A stretch of DNA of 64,000 nt from an uncultured Rhodospirillaceae bacterium (GCA_943787205.1 CALSLN010000012.1:189-64188), one strand, 5' to 3'. Positions 42,304-52,554 are shown, numbered from the stretch's first letter. Program-made: numbers and translations. Notes: generated by a model not told the origin, from the letters alone.

Positions 42304-43686
42304 GTGACTGATCACGCGCATGTAGAGGGAGGTACACCGGCTCCATCAAAATTATCGGTTCCATTCCAACTTGGGTTTGGGGCGGGCCAAATCGGCGGCT
42401 CAATTCTCGCTAACACCCCAGCACTGATCCTGCTGTTTTTCATGACCGACGTTTTGGCCATTCCACCTGCATTGGCTGGACTCGCTGTTTTTATTCCAAA
42501 GATCTGGGTCATCGTTTTTGATCCTCTGATGGGGCGCATCTCAGACCACACCAATAGTCGTTGGGGACGCCGACGCCCCTACCTCCTAGCTGGTGCCCTG
42601 GGTTGCGGGGCGGGATTCTATTTTCTCTTTGATGTTCCCACCCTCGATACCGTTACGGCACGGTTCATCTACATGACGGTCATGTTCACCCTGGTCTCGA
42701 CCGCGTTCTCCATATTCTCGGTCCCCTATTTGGCAAAAGCTGGTGAGTTGGCGCCAGACTACAAAGGCCGCACGACAATCATGGCGTACCGCATGGCCTT
42801 TCAATCAATTGGGATTCTGATCGGCATCGGCCTCGTCCAATACTTGGTGCTATGGGGCGGTGGCGGATTGGCTGGGTACACTTTTATGGGCGCCGTTCTT
42901 AGCGTTATCTGCATGGTGACAATGTTGTCGCCCTTCTTCGCTTCCCGCAACGTCCCAACCGAAGCCGCAGTCGTGACACGGATTCCATTTCGTGAGCAAA
43001 TGCGGACAGCGCTGGACAACAAGCCCTACCTTATTATTGCCGCGGCGGTGATGCTCTATTGGGTTGCAGCAAGCTGTGTCTACGCCGGACTTCCGTACAT
43101 GTTCACGTATATCGTGCAGGGATCACCGGGCCTGTTTTTCGACCTCGCGCTCTACATGACCATTGCGGCGTTTGTTGCCATTCCTGGTTGGACATGGCTG
43201 GCCGGCCGAATCGGTAAAAAGCCGACCTATTATATTTCCACTCTCGCCTATTGCCTGACCGTGTTGTCGTGGATTCCAGCCGCGCCAAATGAGGATTTTC
43301 TTATCGTCCTGCGGGGAATTTTTATCGGCTTAACCAACACAGGCCTGCTCATGACGGCCGTTGCCATGCTGCCTGACACCATAGAATACGACCGCATCAA
43401 AACAGGGCTGCGGCGTGAAGGCATCTTCTCGGGGTTTTGGATGGCGATCGAAAAAGGCGGCAACGCTATGGGCGCTCTTGTTGTGGGATTGGTGCTATCG
43501 CTTATGGGTTTTGTGGAGTCGTCAGGCGGCGCACCCGTGGAGCAAACCGATGCCGCGATCACAGGAATTTTGATCGCTTTCTCAGGCGTTCCCGTCCTGC
43601 TGATGCTCGCAGGCCTGATTATATTGAAAGCCTATCGCTTAGACGAGGACAGCCTGCAGGCTATGAAAGATGCCGCAAAGCCCTAG
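42304..43686 (+). CDS. MFS transporter, glycoside-pentoside-hexuronide (GPH):cation symporter family
   Basis: About 12 TM segments, and the GPH signature loop DPLMGRISDHTNSRWGRRRPYLL after TM2. Confidence 0.8.
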   Translation: MTDHAHVEGGTPAPSKLSVPFQLGFGAGQIGGSILANTPALILLFFMTDVLAIPPALAGLAVFIPKIWVIVFDPLMGRISDHTNSRWGRRRPYLLAGALGCGAGFYFLFDVPTLDTVTARFIYMTVMFTLVSTAFSIFSVPYLAKAGELAPDYKGRTTIMAYRMAFQSIGILIGIGLVQYLVLWGGGGLAGYTFMGAVLSVICMVTMLSPFFASRNVPTEAAVVTRIPFREQMRTALDNKPYLIIAAAVMLYWVAASCVYAGLPYMFTYIVQGSPGLFFDLALYMTIAAFVAIPGWTWLAGRIGKKPTYYISTLAYCLTVLSWIPAAPNEDFLIVLRGIFIGLTNTGLLMTAVAMLPDTIEYDRIKTGLRREGIFSGFWMAIEKGGNAMGALVVGLVLSLMGFVESSGGAPVEQTDAAITGILIAFSGVPVLLMLAGLIILKAYRLDEDSLQAMKDAAKP

Positions 43687-44201
43687 ACGTCAGACTCAGG
43701 AACGCCAGACCATTTCTCCGGCTTGTCTTCACAGCTAAGGTCCCATTCGATCAAGTTGACCAAAACGCCATCTGGATCTCTAAAGATCATTTCGCGCTGT
43801 TTGACGAAACCGCGAATCCTCAACGGCGCTGCCGGACTCACAATCGTATGCCCCCCAGCCTCAAGTTTAGCCGTCACCACATCAAGATCATCGCAATAAA
43901 AAACGATGCAAACTTCCCCGCGGTTCATCCCGGTGCTGGCCCGTGTAATCGGCTCGGGCTGAGGTTTGGTTAATTCGAACAAACCGACCATGCCGTATTC
44001 GGGCTGACCGGTCCGCTTGAGAATGCAGGCACGGGTGTGGGTCGAGTCCGGCACCGCCAAAACTTCGGCGATATTACCCTCACTCAACTCGCCTTCCACG
44101 AACACGTCATCAAGCCCAAGAACATCCTCGTAAAATGCGCGGCTGACATCCAAGTCAGACACCATCAAGGCGGCACGAATCATAGGACTAAAGTTGGGCA
44201 T
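43683..44201 (-). CDS. VOC (glyoxalase/bleomycin-resistance/dioxygenase) family protein
   Basis: MPNFSP..AALMVSDLDVSRAFYEDVLGL is a typical VOC beta-alpha-beta start. GGAGAA lies upstream, 16 nt after the LLM gene stop. Confidence 0.7.
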   Translation of the reverse strand: MPNFSPMIRAALMVSDLDVSRAFYEDVLGLDDVFVEGELSEGNIAEVLAVPDSTHTRACILKRTGQPEYGMVGLFELTKPQPEPITRASTGMNRGEVCIVFYCDDLDVVTAKLEAGGHTIVSPAAPLRIRGFVKQREMIFRDPDGVLVNLIEWDLSCEDKPEKWSGVPESDV

Positions 44202-44217
44202 CTGTTTTCTCCGACAG

Positions 44218-45234
44218 TTATGCGGCGGCAGTCCGCTTGAGGCCAAAGGCTTCCGAGACCAATTCATAAGATTTTATACGGGCTTGAAAATCGTGCGTGA
44301 TGGTAACAATCATCATTTCATCTACGCCGCAGCGCGTCGCGAGATTTTCCAGCTCCTCTTTCACTTTGTCCGGCGGGCCCACCAGACCCGTGCGCTCAGC
44401 AGAGTCTGCGATGTGCCGCTCACGATCCGTATACGGATAGGCCAGCGCCTCTTCGGGTGTGGGATAGGGGCCTAACTCGCCCTTGGTGAGCTGAAGACGC
44501 CAAAGCTTGCGACTCAAAGCGAGGTGATCTGCTTCTTCCTGTGTTTCAGCGCAAACAACGCCCACGCACATGGTCGCGCTAGGTTCGGACAGAACATCAG
44601 ACGGCTCAAAGGTGTCGCGATAGAGGCCGATGATGTCTTCAGCCCCCTCCGGATGAATGAAATGGGCAAAAGAATACGGAAGACCAAACTTAGCGGCCAT
44701 CTTGGCGCTTTCATCGGAAGACCCTAGCAACCACATTTGCGGTGGGACATCTGGTTTGGGCATGATTTTTACGTTAGACAGCGCCGGGTTTGCCAGCTCG
44801 CCCCCATGAAGGAACGCTTTCAGGTCGATAATTTTCGTCGGGTAATACTCGACACCTATCTCAGAGCCGTAGGCCATACCCAAAGTGGTTAACTGATCCC
44901 CTCCTGGCGCGCGGCCAAGACCAACATCAATACGATCAGGATACATGGTCGCGAGAAGTGAAAAGTTCTCGGCGACTTTGAGCGGACTGTAATGACTCAA
45001 CATTACGCCGCCAGACCCGACTCGCATGTGAGACGTGACGGCAGCCACCCGGGCAATAAGAATCTCAGGCGAGCAACCGGCTAGGCCTTCCGTTCCATGA
45101 TGCTCTGCCAACCAATACCGGTGATAGCCAAGATTTTCGGTGGCGCGCGCCAGTTCCAAAGTCTCATTAATAGCCTGCGCAGCGGTGCCGCCAGACCGAA
45201 TTGGTGTTTGATCGAGAACACTGAGGGTGAGCAT
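44218..45234 (-). CDS. LLM-class flavin-dependent oxidoreductase (luciferase-like, YhbW-type)
   Basis: LSVLDQTPI...LGYHRYWLAEHHG...GSGGVMLSHYSPLKVAE...DRIDVGLGRAPG is the group signature. Confidence 0.85.
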   Translation of the reverse strand: MLTLSVLDQTPIRSGGTAAQAINETLELARATENLGYHRYWLAEHHGTEGLAGCSPEILIARVAAVTSHMRVGSGGVMLSHYSPLKVAENFSLLATMYPDRIDVGLGRAPGGDQLTTLGMAYGSEIGVEYYPTKIIDLKAFLHGGELANPALSNVKIMPKPDVPPQMWLLGSSDESAKMAAKFGLPYSFAHFIHPEGAEDIIGLYRDTFEPSDVLSEPSATMCVGVVCAETQEEADHLALSRKLWRLQLTKGELGPYPTPEEALAYPYTDRERHIADSAERTGLVGPPDKVKEELENLATRCGVDEMMIVTITHDFQARIKSYELVSEAFGLKRTAAA

Positions 45235-45247
45235 GTCGTGAATCCGC

Positions 45248-46126
45248 CTAATCTTGTGAAAGCGCTGCGATCATATCGGCCTTAGCAAGGAGGCGCTTTG
45301 CTTCCGCCACATGAAGAACCTCGATCAGACGGCCATCAAGAGTCGTGACACCAGCGCCCTGCGCATCCGCTTCTTCATGTGCCGCAATCAGCCGTCGCGC
45401 GTATTCAATGTCGTCCTGACTTGGCGCGTAGGCCCTATTGGCACCGTCTATCTGTTTTGGGTGAATCAAGGTTTTGCCATCAAACCCGAGGTCATGCCCT
45501 TGTCGACATGCCGCTTCAAACCCGACTTCGTCATTGAGTTCAACATGAACGCCATCGAGAACAATCAATCCATTGGCTCGTGCCGCGAGAATAACCATCT
45601 GCATCGCAACAAGCATAGGCGCCCGGTCCGCCGGGTGAGCGCAGTGCAGGTCTTTGGATAGATCGGCCGTGCCGACGCACATCCCCGCAAGACGCTTTGA
45701 CGATTGTGCAATCGCGTCAGCAGAAAGAATGCCGCGTGGCGTTTCCATCATGGCCCAAACCGGAAAGTCTTCGGCCGCGCCTGCACGCGTCAAAAGCGAG
45801 TCGACGTCAGCAACATATTGAACAGTGGATACCTTGGGTACGACAACGCCCTGGGCCTTGGACTGGGCTACCGCCCTCAAATCGTCCGCGCCCCAAGATG
45901 TATCGAGTCCATTGACCCGAATCATCAACTCCCGTTGGCCATAGTCCCCTGAGTTGACGGCGGCGACGGCAGCTTCTCGAGCCGCACTCTTTGCATCGGA
46001 CGCGACAGCATCTTCGAGATCAAAGATCAGCATATCGGCTTGGAGTGCCTTGGCCTTCTCCAGTGCCCTCGGATTAGATGCAGGCATGTACAGTGCACTG
46101 CGGCGGGGTCTATCAACGGCAGTCAT
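45248..46126 (-). CDS. HpcH/HpaI aldolase / CitE-like CoA-ester lyase family protein
   Basis: RRSALYMPASNPRALEKAK...DMLIFDLEDAV is a typical CitE/malyl-CoA lyase-like N-terminus. The start is taken at the internal MTAVDRP. Confidence 0.75.
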   Translation of the reverse strand: MTAVDRPRRSALYMPASNPRALEKAKALQADMLIFDLEDAVASDAKSAAREAAVAAVNSGDYGQRELMIRVNGLDTSWGADDLRAVAQSKAQGVVVPKVSTVQYVADVDSLLTRAGAAEDFPVWAMMETPRGILSADAIAQSSKRLAGMCVGTADLSKDLHCAHPADRAPMLVAMQMVILAARANGLIVLDGVHVELNDEVGFEAACRQGHDLGFDGKTLIHPKQIDGANRAYAPSQDDIEYARRLIAAHEEADAQGAGVTTLDGRLIEVLHVAEAKRLLAKADMIAALSQD

Positions 46127-46271
46127 CGCGCGGCGGATCCTTAAACCATTCAAATTTTTTCGTGTCGTCGGTATAGCGCTGGGCCAGAGCGCAAACAAGG
46201 CAAGGCTAGTGGTGCAGCCTGTCCCGATATACAGTGGTTAGACTAACCCGTTCTCAGACAAGAGTTCTCCC

Positions 46272-46931
46272 ATGAGCCAATCCGGGCCTGGTCCTGGCAT
46301 CTCAAATCTGCGGTTTCTGCTCGTTGATGACCATCCTCAAATTAGGTTGCTCGTCCGCACCATTCTGCATGCGCTCGGCGCACGGGACATGATTGAAGCC
46401 TCTGATGGTGGAGAGGGTTTGAAAATGGCGACAAGTTCTCAACCAGACATCGTCATTACAGACTGGGCCATGGAGCCGATGAGCGGCGTGGAAATGGTTA
46501 AGACGATGCGCGAATCACACGACAACGCCATAAAGTATATGCCGGTGATTATGCTAACGGGGTTTTCCGAACGCGGGCGAATCATGGCGGCCCGTGATAG
46601 CGGCATCAACGAGTACCTTCTCAAGCCGGTTTCACCAACGTCGCTCTACAGCCGCATTCGTTCAGTCATCGAACAGCCAAGGCGGTTTGTGAAAACGTCC
46701 GTTTACTTCGGACCAGACCGCCGCCGCGGCAAAGAGAAATTCGATGGTAACGATAAGCGCGGCACTGAAGAGACCGGCGCCTCCGTCGATCTGTCTGTGC
46801 AAATGACCCAAAGTGAAATTGAAGAACAGTATTTTATGCCAACAGAATCTGGCTCAACCGCATCCGCTGAACAGTATGTCTCGCCAGGGATTCGACGCGC
46901 ACAGGAAATGGCCAAGAAAAACCGCCGGTAA
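46272..46931 (+). CDS. single-domain response regulator with Arg-rich C-terminal extension
   Basis: Canonical receiver (LLVDDHP, ITDWAMEPMSG, MLTG, LLKP), followed by YFGPDRRRGKEKF and an extra tail of about 60 aa. Confidence 0.8.
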   Translation: MSQSGPGPGISNLRFLLVDDHPQIRLLVRTILHALGARDMIEASDGGEGLKMATSSQPDIVITDWAMEPMSGVEMVKTMRESHDNAIKYMPVIMLTGFSERGRIMAARDSGINEYLLKPVSPTSLYSRIRSVIEQPRRFVKTSVYFGPDRRRGKEKFDGNDKRGTEETGASVDLSVQMTQSEIEEQYFMPTESGSTASAEQYVSPGIRRAQEMAKKNRR

Positions 46932-46951
46932 TCGAAATTGGTCTCTCATCC

Positions 46952-47569
46952 ATGAATGAACTTTTAAGCGGGACCTTGATTGGACTCGCACTGGCTGCCC
47001 CTGTTGGGCCCGTTGGCATTTTGTGCATTCGCCTTGCCCTTACCCAAGGGCGCTGGGCGTCTGCTGCAGCCGGCCTGGGCGCCGCAGTCGCAGATGCCAT
47101 ATTTGGAGCATTGGCAGGGTTGGGGCTGATCCTCGTTCAGAATTTCATCGCCGAAAACCAGATAGCGCTTGGTTTAATCGGCGGGTCGATTGTCATAGGT
47201 CTCGGCATCTCGACGTTGCGGACATCGATAATGTTTGACGACAGACCCGTTACCCTCATGTCATTGAGTAAAGATTTCGCGACAACGTTCTCGATAGCGA
47301 TCACCAATCCGGCGACCATGGTCGCTGCCTTTGGCCTTGTCGCAGCTATCGGTCCGATTGATCTAGAGGGTGGCTCATACGCCGGCGCACGCTTGGTGAC
47401 AGGTGTGTTTTTAGGGTCGGCGTTGTGGTGGCTCGCCCTTGCCAGCGCCGCAATAGCGTTGCGCCAACGCATCGCCAAAAACTTGGCGTGGATTAACAAA
47501 TTATCTGGCGGATTGTTTATCGCGTTCGGCGCCGTTGTTTTGGCACGAGCCGTGGCCGGCGGATCCTGA
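46952..47569 (+). CDS. LysE/RhtB-family amino-acid exporter
   Basis: About 205 aa with 5-6 TM segments and the N-terminal G..IGL..A.PVGPVG pattern. Confidence 0.75.
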   Translation: MNELLSGTLIGLALAAPVGPVGILCIRLALTQGRWASAAAGLGAAVADAIFGALAGLGLILVQNFIAENQIALGLIGGSIVIGLGISTLRTSIMFDDRPVTLMSLSKDFATTFSIAITNPATMVAAFGLVAAIGPIDLEGGSYAGARLVTGVFLGSALWWLALASAAIALRQRIAKNLAWINKLSGGLFIAFGAVVLARAVAGGS

Positions 47570-47592
47570 TAGAATCCGCCGAACAGGCCACT

Positions 47593-48678
47593 TTATCCTT
47601 TAACGCTGAGATGATCGCGAACGAGAAGTTCTGCGATCTGAACAGCATTCAAGGCTGCACCCTTGCGCAAGTTGTCAGACACACACCAAAACGACAGACC
47701 ATTATCGATCGTTGCGTCAGACCGAATCCGTGACACATACACGGCGTCTTCACCGGGCACTTCTGCAGGCGTCACGTAACCTTCTTTGATGCGGTGATCG
47801 ACAACCGAGACGCCTTCTGCTTTTTGCAGAATCTTGCGAGCCTCTTTGTCGTCAATGGGTTTTTCCGTTTCGATATTCACGTATTCAGCATGGCCAATAA
47901 ATGTAGGGACCCGCGCACAGTTAGCGTGGACTTTAATTTTGGGGTCGAGAATCTTCTTTGTCTCGACCATCATTTTCCATTCTTCTTTGGTTGCGCCATC
48001 ATCCATGAACGTATCGATTTGCGGGATAACATTGAACGCGATCTGTTTCGGGAAAACCTCTTGGCTCTCAGACGTCACCTGATTGACGTAGATTCCCTTC
48101 GTCTGATTGAACAATTCGTCCATGCCGTCTTTTCCAGCGCCAGACGTCGACTGATACGTGGATACAACAATACGCTTGATACCAAATGCGTCGTGCAAAG
48201 GCTTAAGCGCGACAACCATTTGAATAGTTGAGCAATTTGGGTTGGCGATGATCCCTTTCTTCTTGTAGCCGATAATCGCTTCCGGATTCACTTCGGGTAC
48301 GATCAACGGGACATCAGGGTCCATGCGGAAATGGGACGTATTGTCGATCACAATAGCGCCAGCCTCGACTGCTCGAGGACTGTGTTCTGCGGAAACCTTT
48401 GCGCCTGGTGAAGACAACACGATGTCGACGCCGGCAAAATCAAACCCTTCCAGATTTTGGACTGGAATGACATCGTCTTCGCCATAAGACACATCAGAGC
48501 CAACAGACCGCTTAGAGGCCAGAGCAATAATCTTATCCGCTGGGAACTGACGCTCCCACAGAGTATTCAGAACCTCGCGTCCGACATTCCCCGTGGCACC
48601 AACCACGGCAACCGTATAGCCCGCACTGTTCTCACGTCTGTTTGGATCGTCTAACATAGTCTTGCTCACTGTTATCAC
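47593..48678 (-). CDS. asd: aspartate-semialdehyde dehydrogenase
   Basis: VAVVGATGNVGRE Rossmann start and NPNCSTIQMVVAL active-site Cys. The start codon may be internal. Confidence 0.9.
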   Translation of the reverse strand: MITVSKTMLDDPNRRENSAGYTVAVVGATGNVGREVLNTLWERQFPADKIIALASKRSVGSDVSYGEDDVIPVQNLEGFDFAGVDIVLSSPGAKVSAEHSPRAVEAGAIVIDNTSHFRMDPDVPLIVPEVNPEAIIGYKKKGIIANPNCSTIQMVVALKPLHDAFGIKRIVVSTYQSTSGAGKDGMDELFNQTKGIYVNQVTSESQEVFPKQIAFNVIPQIDTFMDDGATKEEWKMMVETKKILDPKIKVHANCARVPTFIGHAEYVNIETEKPIDDKEARKILQKAEGVSVVDHRIKEGYVTPAEVPGEDAVYVSRIRSDATIDNGLSFWCVSDNLRKGAALNAVQIAELLVRDHLSVKG

Positions 48679-48787
48679 CCGATGGTTTAATTTTGCACCA
48701 GAAGGGCTTGCGTTTGGGGCGCCTCAATAGCGCCAACGCCCTAAAAACACAAGCAAACCCTGGGCGAACGGCTCAACAAGCCCTGAT

Positions 48788-49153
48788 ATGGGCTCTGACA
48801 CAGACTCGGACAAGGACATGGCGAGGACCCTAAGAACGTATCCTGCTTTCTGGTCTTATTACCTACGGGAACATCGCAAACCTGCGACCCGTGGCCTGCA
48901 CTACCTGGGCTCTGCCTTGGCCTTGGGGTTTTTCGCCATAGGCGTTTCTGTTGAGCCAGGTCTGCTGTTTTTTATTCCAATCGCCGGATATGGGTTTGCT
49001 TGGCTCGGCCATTTGTTAGTCGAGAAGAATAAGCCAGCGACATTCAGCTATCCCCTTTGGTCGCTCTACAGCGACTTCCGGATGTTTGGCTTATGGATTA
49101 CGGGACGTCTCAAACCGCATTTAAAGAGAGCCGGCGTGCTCGACCAAGCCTAA
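48788..49153 (+). CDS. DUF962 (Mpo1-like) membrane protein
   Basis: Y...H....TRGLHYLG...[18 protein letters not shown] is the pattern typical of DUF962. Confidence 0.65.
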   Translation: MGSDTDSDKDMARTLRTYPAFWSYYLREHRKPATRGLHYLGSALALGFFAIGVSVEPGLLFFIPIAGYGFAWLGHLLVEKNKPATFSYPLWSLYSDFRMFGLWITGRLKPHLKRAGVLDQA

Positions 49154-50259
49154 CCTGCGAGGGCTGCCATCTCTTCGAGTACCGCGTCGCCCATTTGGGT
49201 GGTGCCAACAGCGGCAACACCATCAGCGACAATATCACCGGTGCGGATGTTTTTACTCAACACGGCTTCGACCGCATTCTCGACCAGGTCCGCTTCCTTC
49301 GCCATATCGAAAGAGTAGCGCAACATCATTGAGGTCGAGAGAATCTGTGCCAGCGGGTTGCCCAGGTTCTGCCCAGCGATATCCGGAGCCGAACCATGGA
49401 CTGGCTCATACAACCCGGGTTGGCGACCATCTTCTGCGACAGCGCCGAAGCTAGCTGACGGCAACATACCGAGAGACCCGGTCAGCATGGCTGCCAAGTC
49501 AGATAGAATGTCACCGAAGAGATTGTCAGTCAGGATCACGTCGAATTGCTTTGGTGTTCGCACCAACTGCATGGCGCAATTATCGACAAACATATGACTC
49601 AGTTCGACATCGGTGTACGATTCGTCGCGCAGCGTCGTTGTCACATCGCGCCAAACCACACCACTTTCCATAACGTTAGCCTTGTCGACAGAACACACAC
49701 GACTATCTCTCTTGCGCGCCAAATCAAACGCAACATGCGCGATGCGGAGTATTTCATCAGTTGCATACGCTTGCGTGTTGTACCCACGCTGACCACCATC
49801 TGGCAGCTCTTCAATCCCGCGCGGCTCGCCAAAATAGATGCCGCCGATTAGCTCGCGAACAATCATGATGTCTAAGCCCTGGACGAGCTCATTCTTCAAT
49901 GACGAGGCGCCAGCAAGTGCATCGAAAACTATGGCTGGGCGTAAATTCGCGAAAAGACCCATCGCTTTACGTAGACGCAGAAGGCCATTTTCTGGCCGAA
50001 GGTCGTAGTCCACGCCATCCCACTTAGGGCCCCCGATTGAGCCGAACAGAACGGCATCGGATGCGTGGGCCAGCTTGATGGTATCCTCTGTGAGCGGTGT
50101 TCCGTGTGCATCATAGGATGCGCCACCAACCAAACCCTCTTCAAACTCGAAGGATGCCGCACCGGTTTTATTCAGCCAATCGAGCACACGGCGCGCCTGC
50201 ACCATGACTTCAGGGCCGATGCAATCGCCGGCGAGAACGAGGATCTTCTTTGTGGTCAT
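49150..50259 (-). CDS. leuB: 3-isopropylmalate dehydrogenase
   Basis: [14 protein letters not shown] and NLFGDILSD motifs in an intact 369-aa ORF. Confidence 0.93.
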   Translation of the reverse strand: MTTKKILVLAGDCIGPEVMVQARRVLDWLNKTGAASFEFEEGLVGGASYDAHGTPLTEDTIKLAHASDAVLFGSIGGPKWDGVDYDLRPENGLLRLRKAMGLFANLRPAIVFDALAGASSLKNELVQGLDIMIVRELIGGIYFGEPRGIEELPDGGQRGYNTQAYATDEILRIAHVAFDLARKRDSRVCSVDKANVMESGVVWRDVTTTLRDESYTDVELSHMFVDNCAMQLVRTPKQFDVILTDNLFGDILSDLAAMLTGSLGMLPSASFGAVAEDGRQPGLYEPVHGSAPDIAGQNLGNPLAQILSTSMMLRYSFDMAKEADLVENAVEAVLSKNIRTGDIVADGVAAVGTTQMGDAVLEEMAALAG

Positions 50260-50286
50260 AACGGCTACCCGTGGGCTCCCTGGGGC

Positions 50287-50889
50287 TTACGTGTAAAGCC
50301 AGGGCTGGCTGGCCTGTTGCTTGGCTTCGAAAGCCTTGATCTTACCGACATGCTGCAACGTCAGCGCAATATCATCGAGGCCATTCAGTAAATTATGGCG
50401 ACGGGTTGCGTCCAATTCGAACGGCGTAACCGAGCCATCGGGGGCTGTGATTTGCATGTTCTCAAGATCGACACTGAAATCACTACCGTCGGCCTGAACT
50501 GTTAGTGCTTCGACCTGAGCTTCAGGCAACGTGATGCACAAAATGCCGTTCTTGAAACAGTTATTGTAGAAAATATCGGCGAAGCTTGGCGCAATGACGC
50601 AACGAAATCCGAAATCCAGCAAACCCCAGGGGGCATGTTCACGCGAGGAACCGCAACCAAAGTTTTTGCCTGCAAGTAGAATTTTAGAATTACGGAATGC
50701 ATCCTGATTAAGAATGAACTCAGGACGCTCGGCTTCATTTTCATCATAACGCATATCGTAGAAAACGGAGATACCGAGTCCTGTGCGTTTAATCGTTTTC
50801 AAAAACTGCTTCGGCATCATCATGTCTGTGTCGACATTGACCATCGGCATTGGTGCAGCAATACCCGTGAGTACAGAAAAATTTTCCAT
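50287..50889 (-). CDS. leuD: 3-isopropylmalate dehydratase small subunit
   Basis: [15 protein letters not shown] motif, 200 aa. Confidence 0.92.
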   Translation of the reverse strand: MENFSVLTGIAAPMPMVNVDTDMMMPKQFLKTIKRTGLGISVFYDMRYDENEAERPEFILNQDAFRNSKILLAGKNFGCGSSREHAPWGLLDFGFRCVIAPSFADIFYNNCFKNGILCITLPEAQVEALTVQADGSDFSVDLENMQITAPDGSVTPFELDATRRHNLLNGLDDIALTLQHVGKIKAFEAKQQASQPWLYT

Positions 50890-50892
50890 GTC

Positions 50893-51099
50893 TTAGCCCT
50901 TTTTGCCTTTGCCGTTTGCCCAAGCAGAAATAATTGCAAATTCGCCCATGTCATCCATGGCGTTCGCATAGTCTGATGTCAGGGAGTTTTTAATAGCGGC
51001 TCCAACGCTTCGTCCTTCGCGCTGAGCTTTCGTCCACAATGCGTCAACATCAACGCGGATCGCGTCGTCAGCATTGGCCCAATCAAGAACGCGGTTCAT
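50893..51099 (-). CDS. small acidic hypothetical protein between leuC and leuD (68 aa)
   Basis: The start overlaps the leuC stop (51096-51099), and the stop lies 3 nt before the leuD start. No motif recognised. Confidence 0.45.
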   Translation of the reverse strand: MNRVLDWANADDAIRVDVDALWTKAQREGRSVGAAIKNSLTSDYANAMDDMGEFAIISAWANGKGKKG

Positions 51100-52511
51100 G
51101 AGCTTACCACTTTACGGACGTCGGTGAGATGGCCAGTGATCGCAGCCGCTGCCGCCATTTCTGGGCTAACCAAATGCGTCCGTCCACCGCGGCCCTGGCG
51201 GCCTTCAAAATTACGGTTGGATGTGGACGCACAACGCTCGCCGGGCTGCAGAATATCTGGGTTCATGCCAAGGCACATGGAGCAACTAGGCTCACGCCAT
51301 TGGGCACCTGCCGCCAAGAAAATTTCATCGAGGCCTTCTTCTTCAGCCTGGTACTTAACCAAGCCTGATCCTGGGACAACCAGCATCTCAACGGAGTCCA
51401 CGACCTTACGGCCTTTAAGAACTTCAGCTGCTGCGCGCAAATCTTCGATCCGCCCGTTGGTGCAGGAGCCGATAAACACTTTATCAACGGGAACACCGTC
51501 CAGAGCTTCACCAGCCTCTAGGCCCATGTATTTGAGCGATCGACCAATCCCAGACTTTTTATTCGGATCGTCGAAATCGTCTGGATTGGGAACCAAAGAC
51601 GTGATCGGCAACACGTCCTCAGGCGACGTGCCCCAAGTTACATGGGGGATGATCTCTTCAGCGTTAATGACAACTTCTTTATCAAAAGTCGCGCCTTCGT
51701 CAGTGTTTAAGGTTTGCCAATATTTGACAGCCGCTTCCCACGCATCGCTCTTTGGCGCCCTGGGCTTGCCCTTGAGATATTCGAAGGTCTTTTCATCTGG
51801 CGCGATGAGTCCTGCGCGCGCACCACCTTCGATGGTCATGTTGCAAACTGTCATCCGGCCTTCCATGGACAAAGCGGTAAACGCATCGCCTTGGTATTCA
51901 ATGACATGGCCGGTACCACCGGCTGTCCCGATGCGGCCAATGATCGCCATAATCAGATCTTTAGATGTCGTGCCAACCGGTAGCTTGCCGTCCACGCGGA
52001 CCAACATGTTTTTCGACTTCTGCATGCTCAGCGTTTGGGTCGCTAAGGTATGCTCGACATCAGATGTGCCGATGCCAAAGGCAAGGGCACCAAAGGCGCC
52101 ATGGGTTGCCGTGTGGCTATCACCACAGACAATGGTCTTGCCCGGCTGTGTTAGGCCTTGCTCAGGCCCAATGATGTGCACAATGCCCTGACGGATATCG
52201 CCCATCGGGATGTACTCAACCCCAAAGTCATCGCTGTTCTGTTTTAGAGTTTCGAGCTGCAATCGACTTTCAGGATCTTCGATCTTTTCAAGCCGGTCAG
52301 GCGTGCTCGGCACGTTGTGATCTGGCACAGCGATTGTCTTGTCCGTGCGATGCAGTTTGCGTTGCGACAAACGCAGGCCTTCATAAGCCTGCGGGGTTGT
52401 GACCTCATGAGTCAGATGCAAATCAATATAAATCAGTGAGGCGCCATCTTCGTCCTTATGGACGACGTGACTATCCCACAGCTTGTCATACAACGTACTC
52501 GGCTGAGCCAT
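51096..52511 (-). CDS. leuC: 3-isopropylmalate dehydratase large subunit
   Basis: Aconitase-type Cys ligands ([22 protein letters not shown]) in an intact 471-aa ORF. Confidence 0.93.
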   Translation of the reverse strand: MAQPSTLYDKLWDSHVVHKDEDGASLIYIDLHLTHEVTTPQAYEGLRLSQRKLHRTDKTIAVPDHNVPSTPDRLEKIEDPESRLQLETLKQNSDDFGVEYIPMGDIRQGIVHIIGPEQGLTQPGKTIVCGDSHTATHGAFGALAFGIGTSDVEHTLATQTLSMQKSKNMLVRVDGKLPVGTTSKDLIMAIIGRIGTAGGTGHVIEYQGDAFTALSMEGRMTVCNMTIEGGARAGLIAPDEKTFEYLKGKPRAPKSDAWEAAVKYWQTLNTDEGATFDKEVVINAEEIIPHVTWGTSPEDVLPITSLVPNPDDFDDPNKKSGIGRSLKYMGLEAGEALDGVPVDKVFIGSCTNGRIEDLRAAAEVLKGRKVVDSVEMLVVPGSGLVKYQAEEEGLDEIFLAAGAQWREPSCSMCLGMNPDILQPGERCASTSNRNFEGRQGRGGRTHLVSPEMAAAAAITGHLTDVRKVVSS

Positions 52512-52554
52512 AACGAAGCACCCGGTTAGAAAAACAATCGAACGCCGTTAAGCG

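Noticed and set aside
51124-52191. A 355-aa plus-strand ORF, and similar long ORFs at 10652-11377, 12548-13285, 24932-25657, 34935-35786, 55483-56157 and 59685-60299.
   Set aside because: Each lies antisense to a highly conserved housekeeping gene (leuC, lpdA, sucA/sucB, sucC, sdhA, ffh, ftsY). Their translations are Arg/Ser/Pro/Ala-rich low-information sequence. These are typical shadow ORFs in a moderately GC-rich genome.
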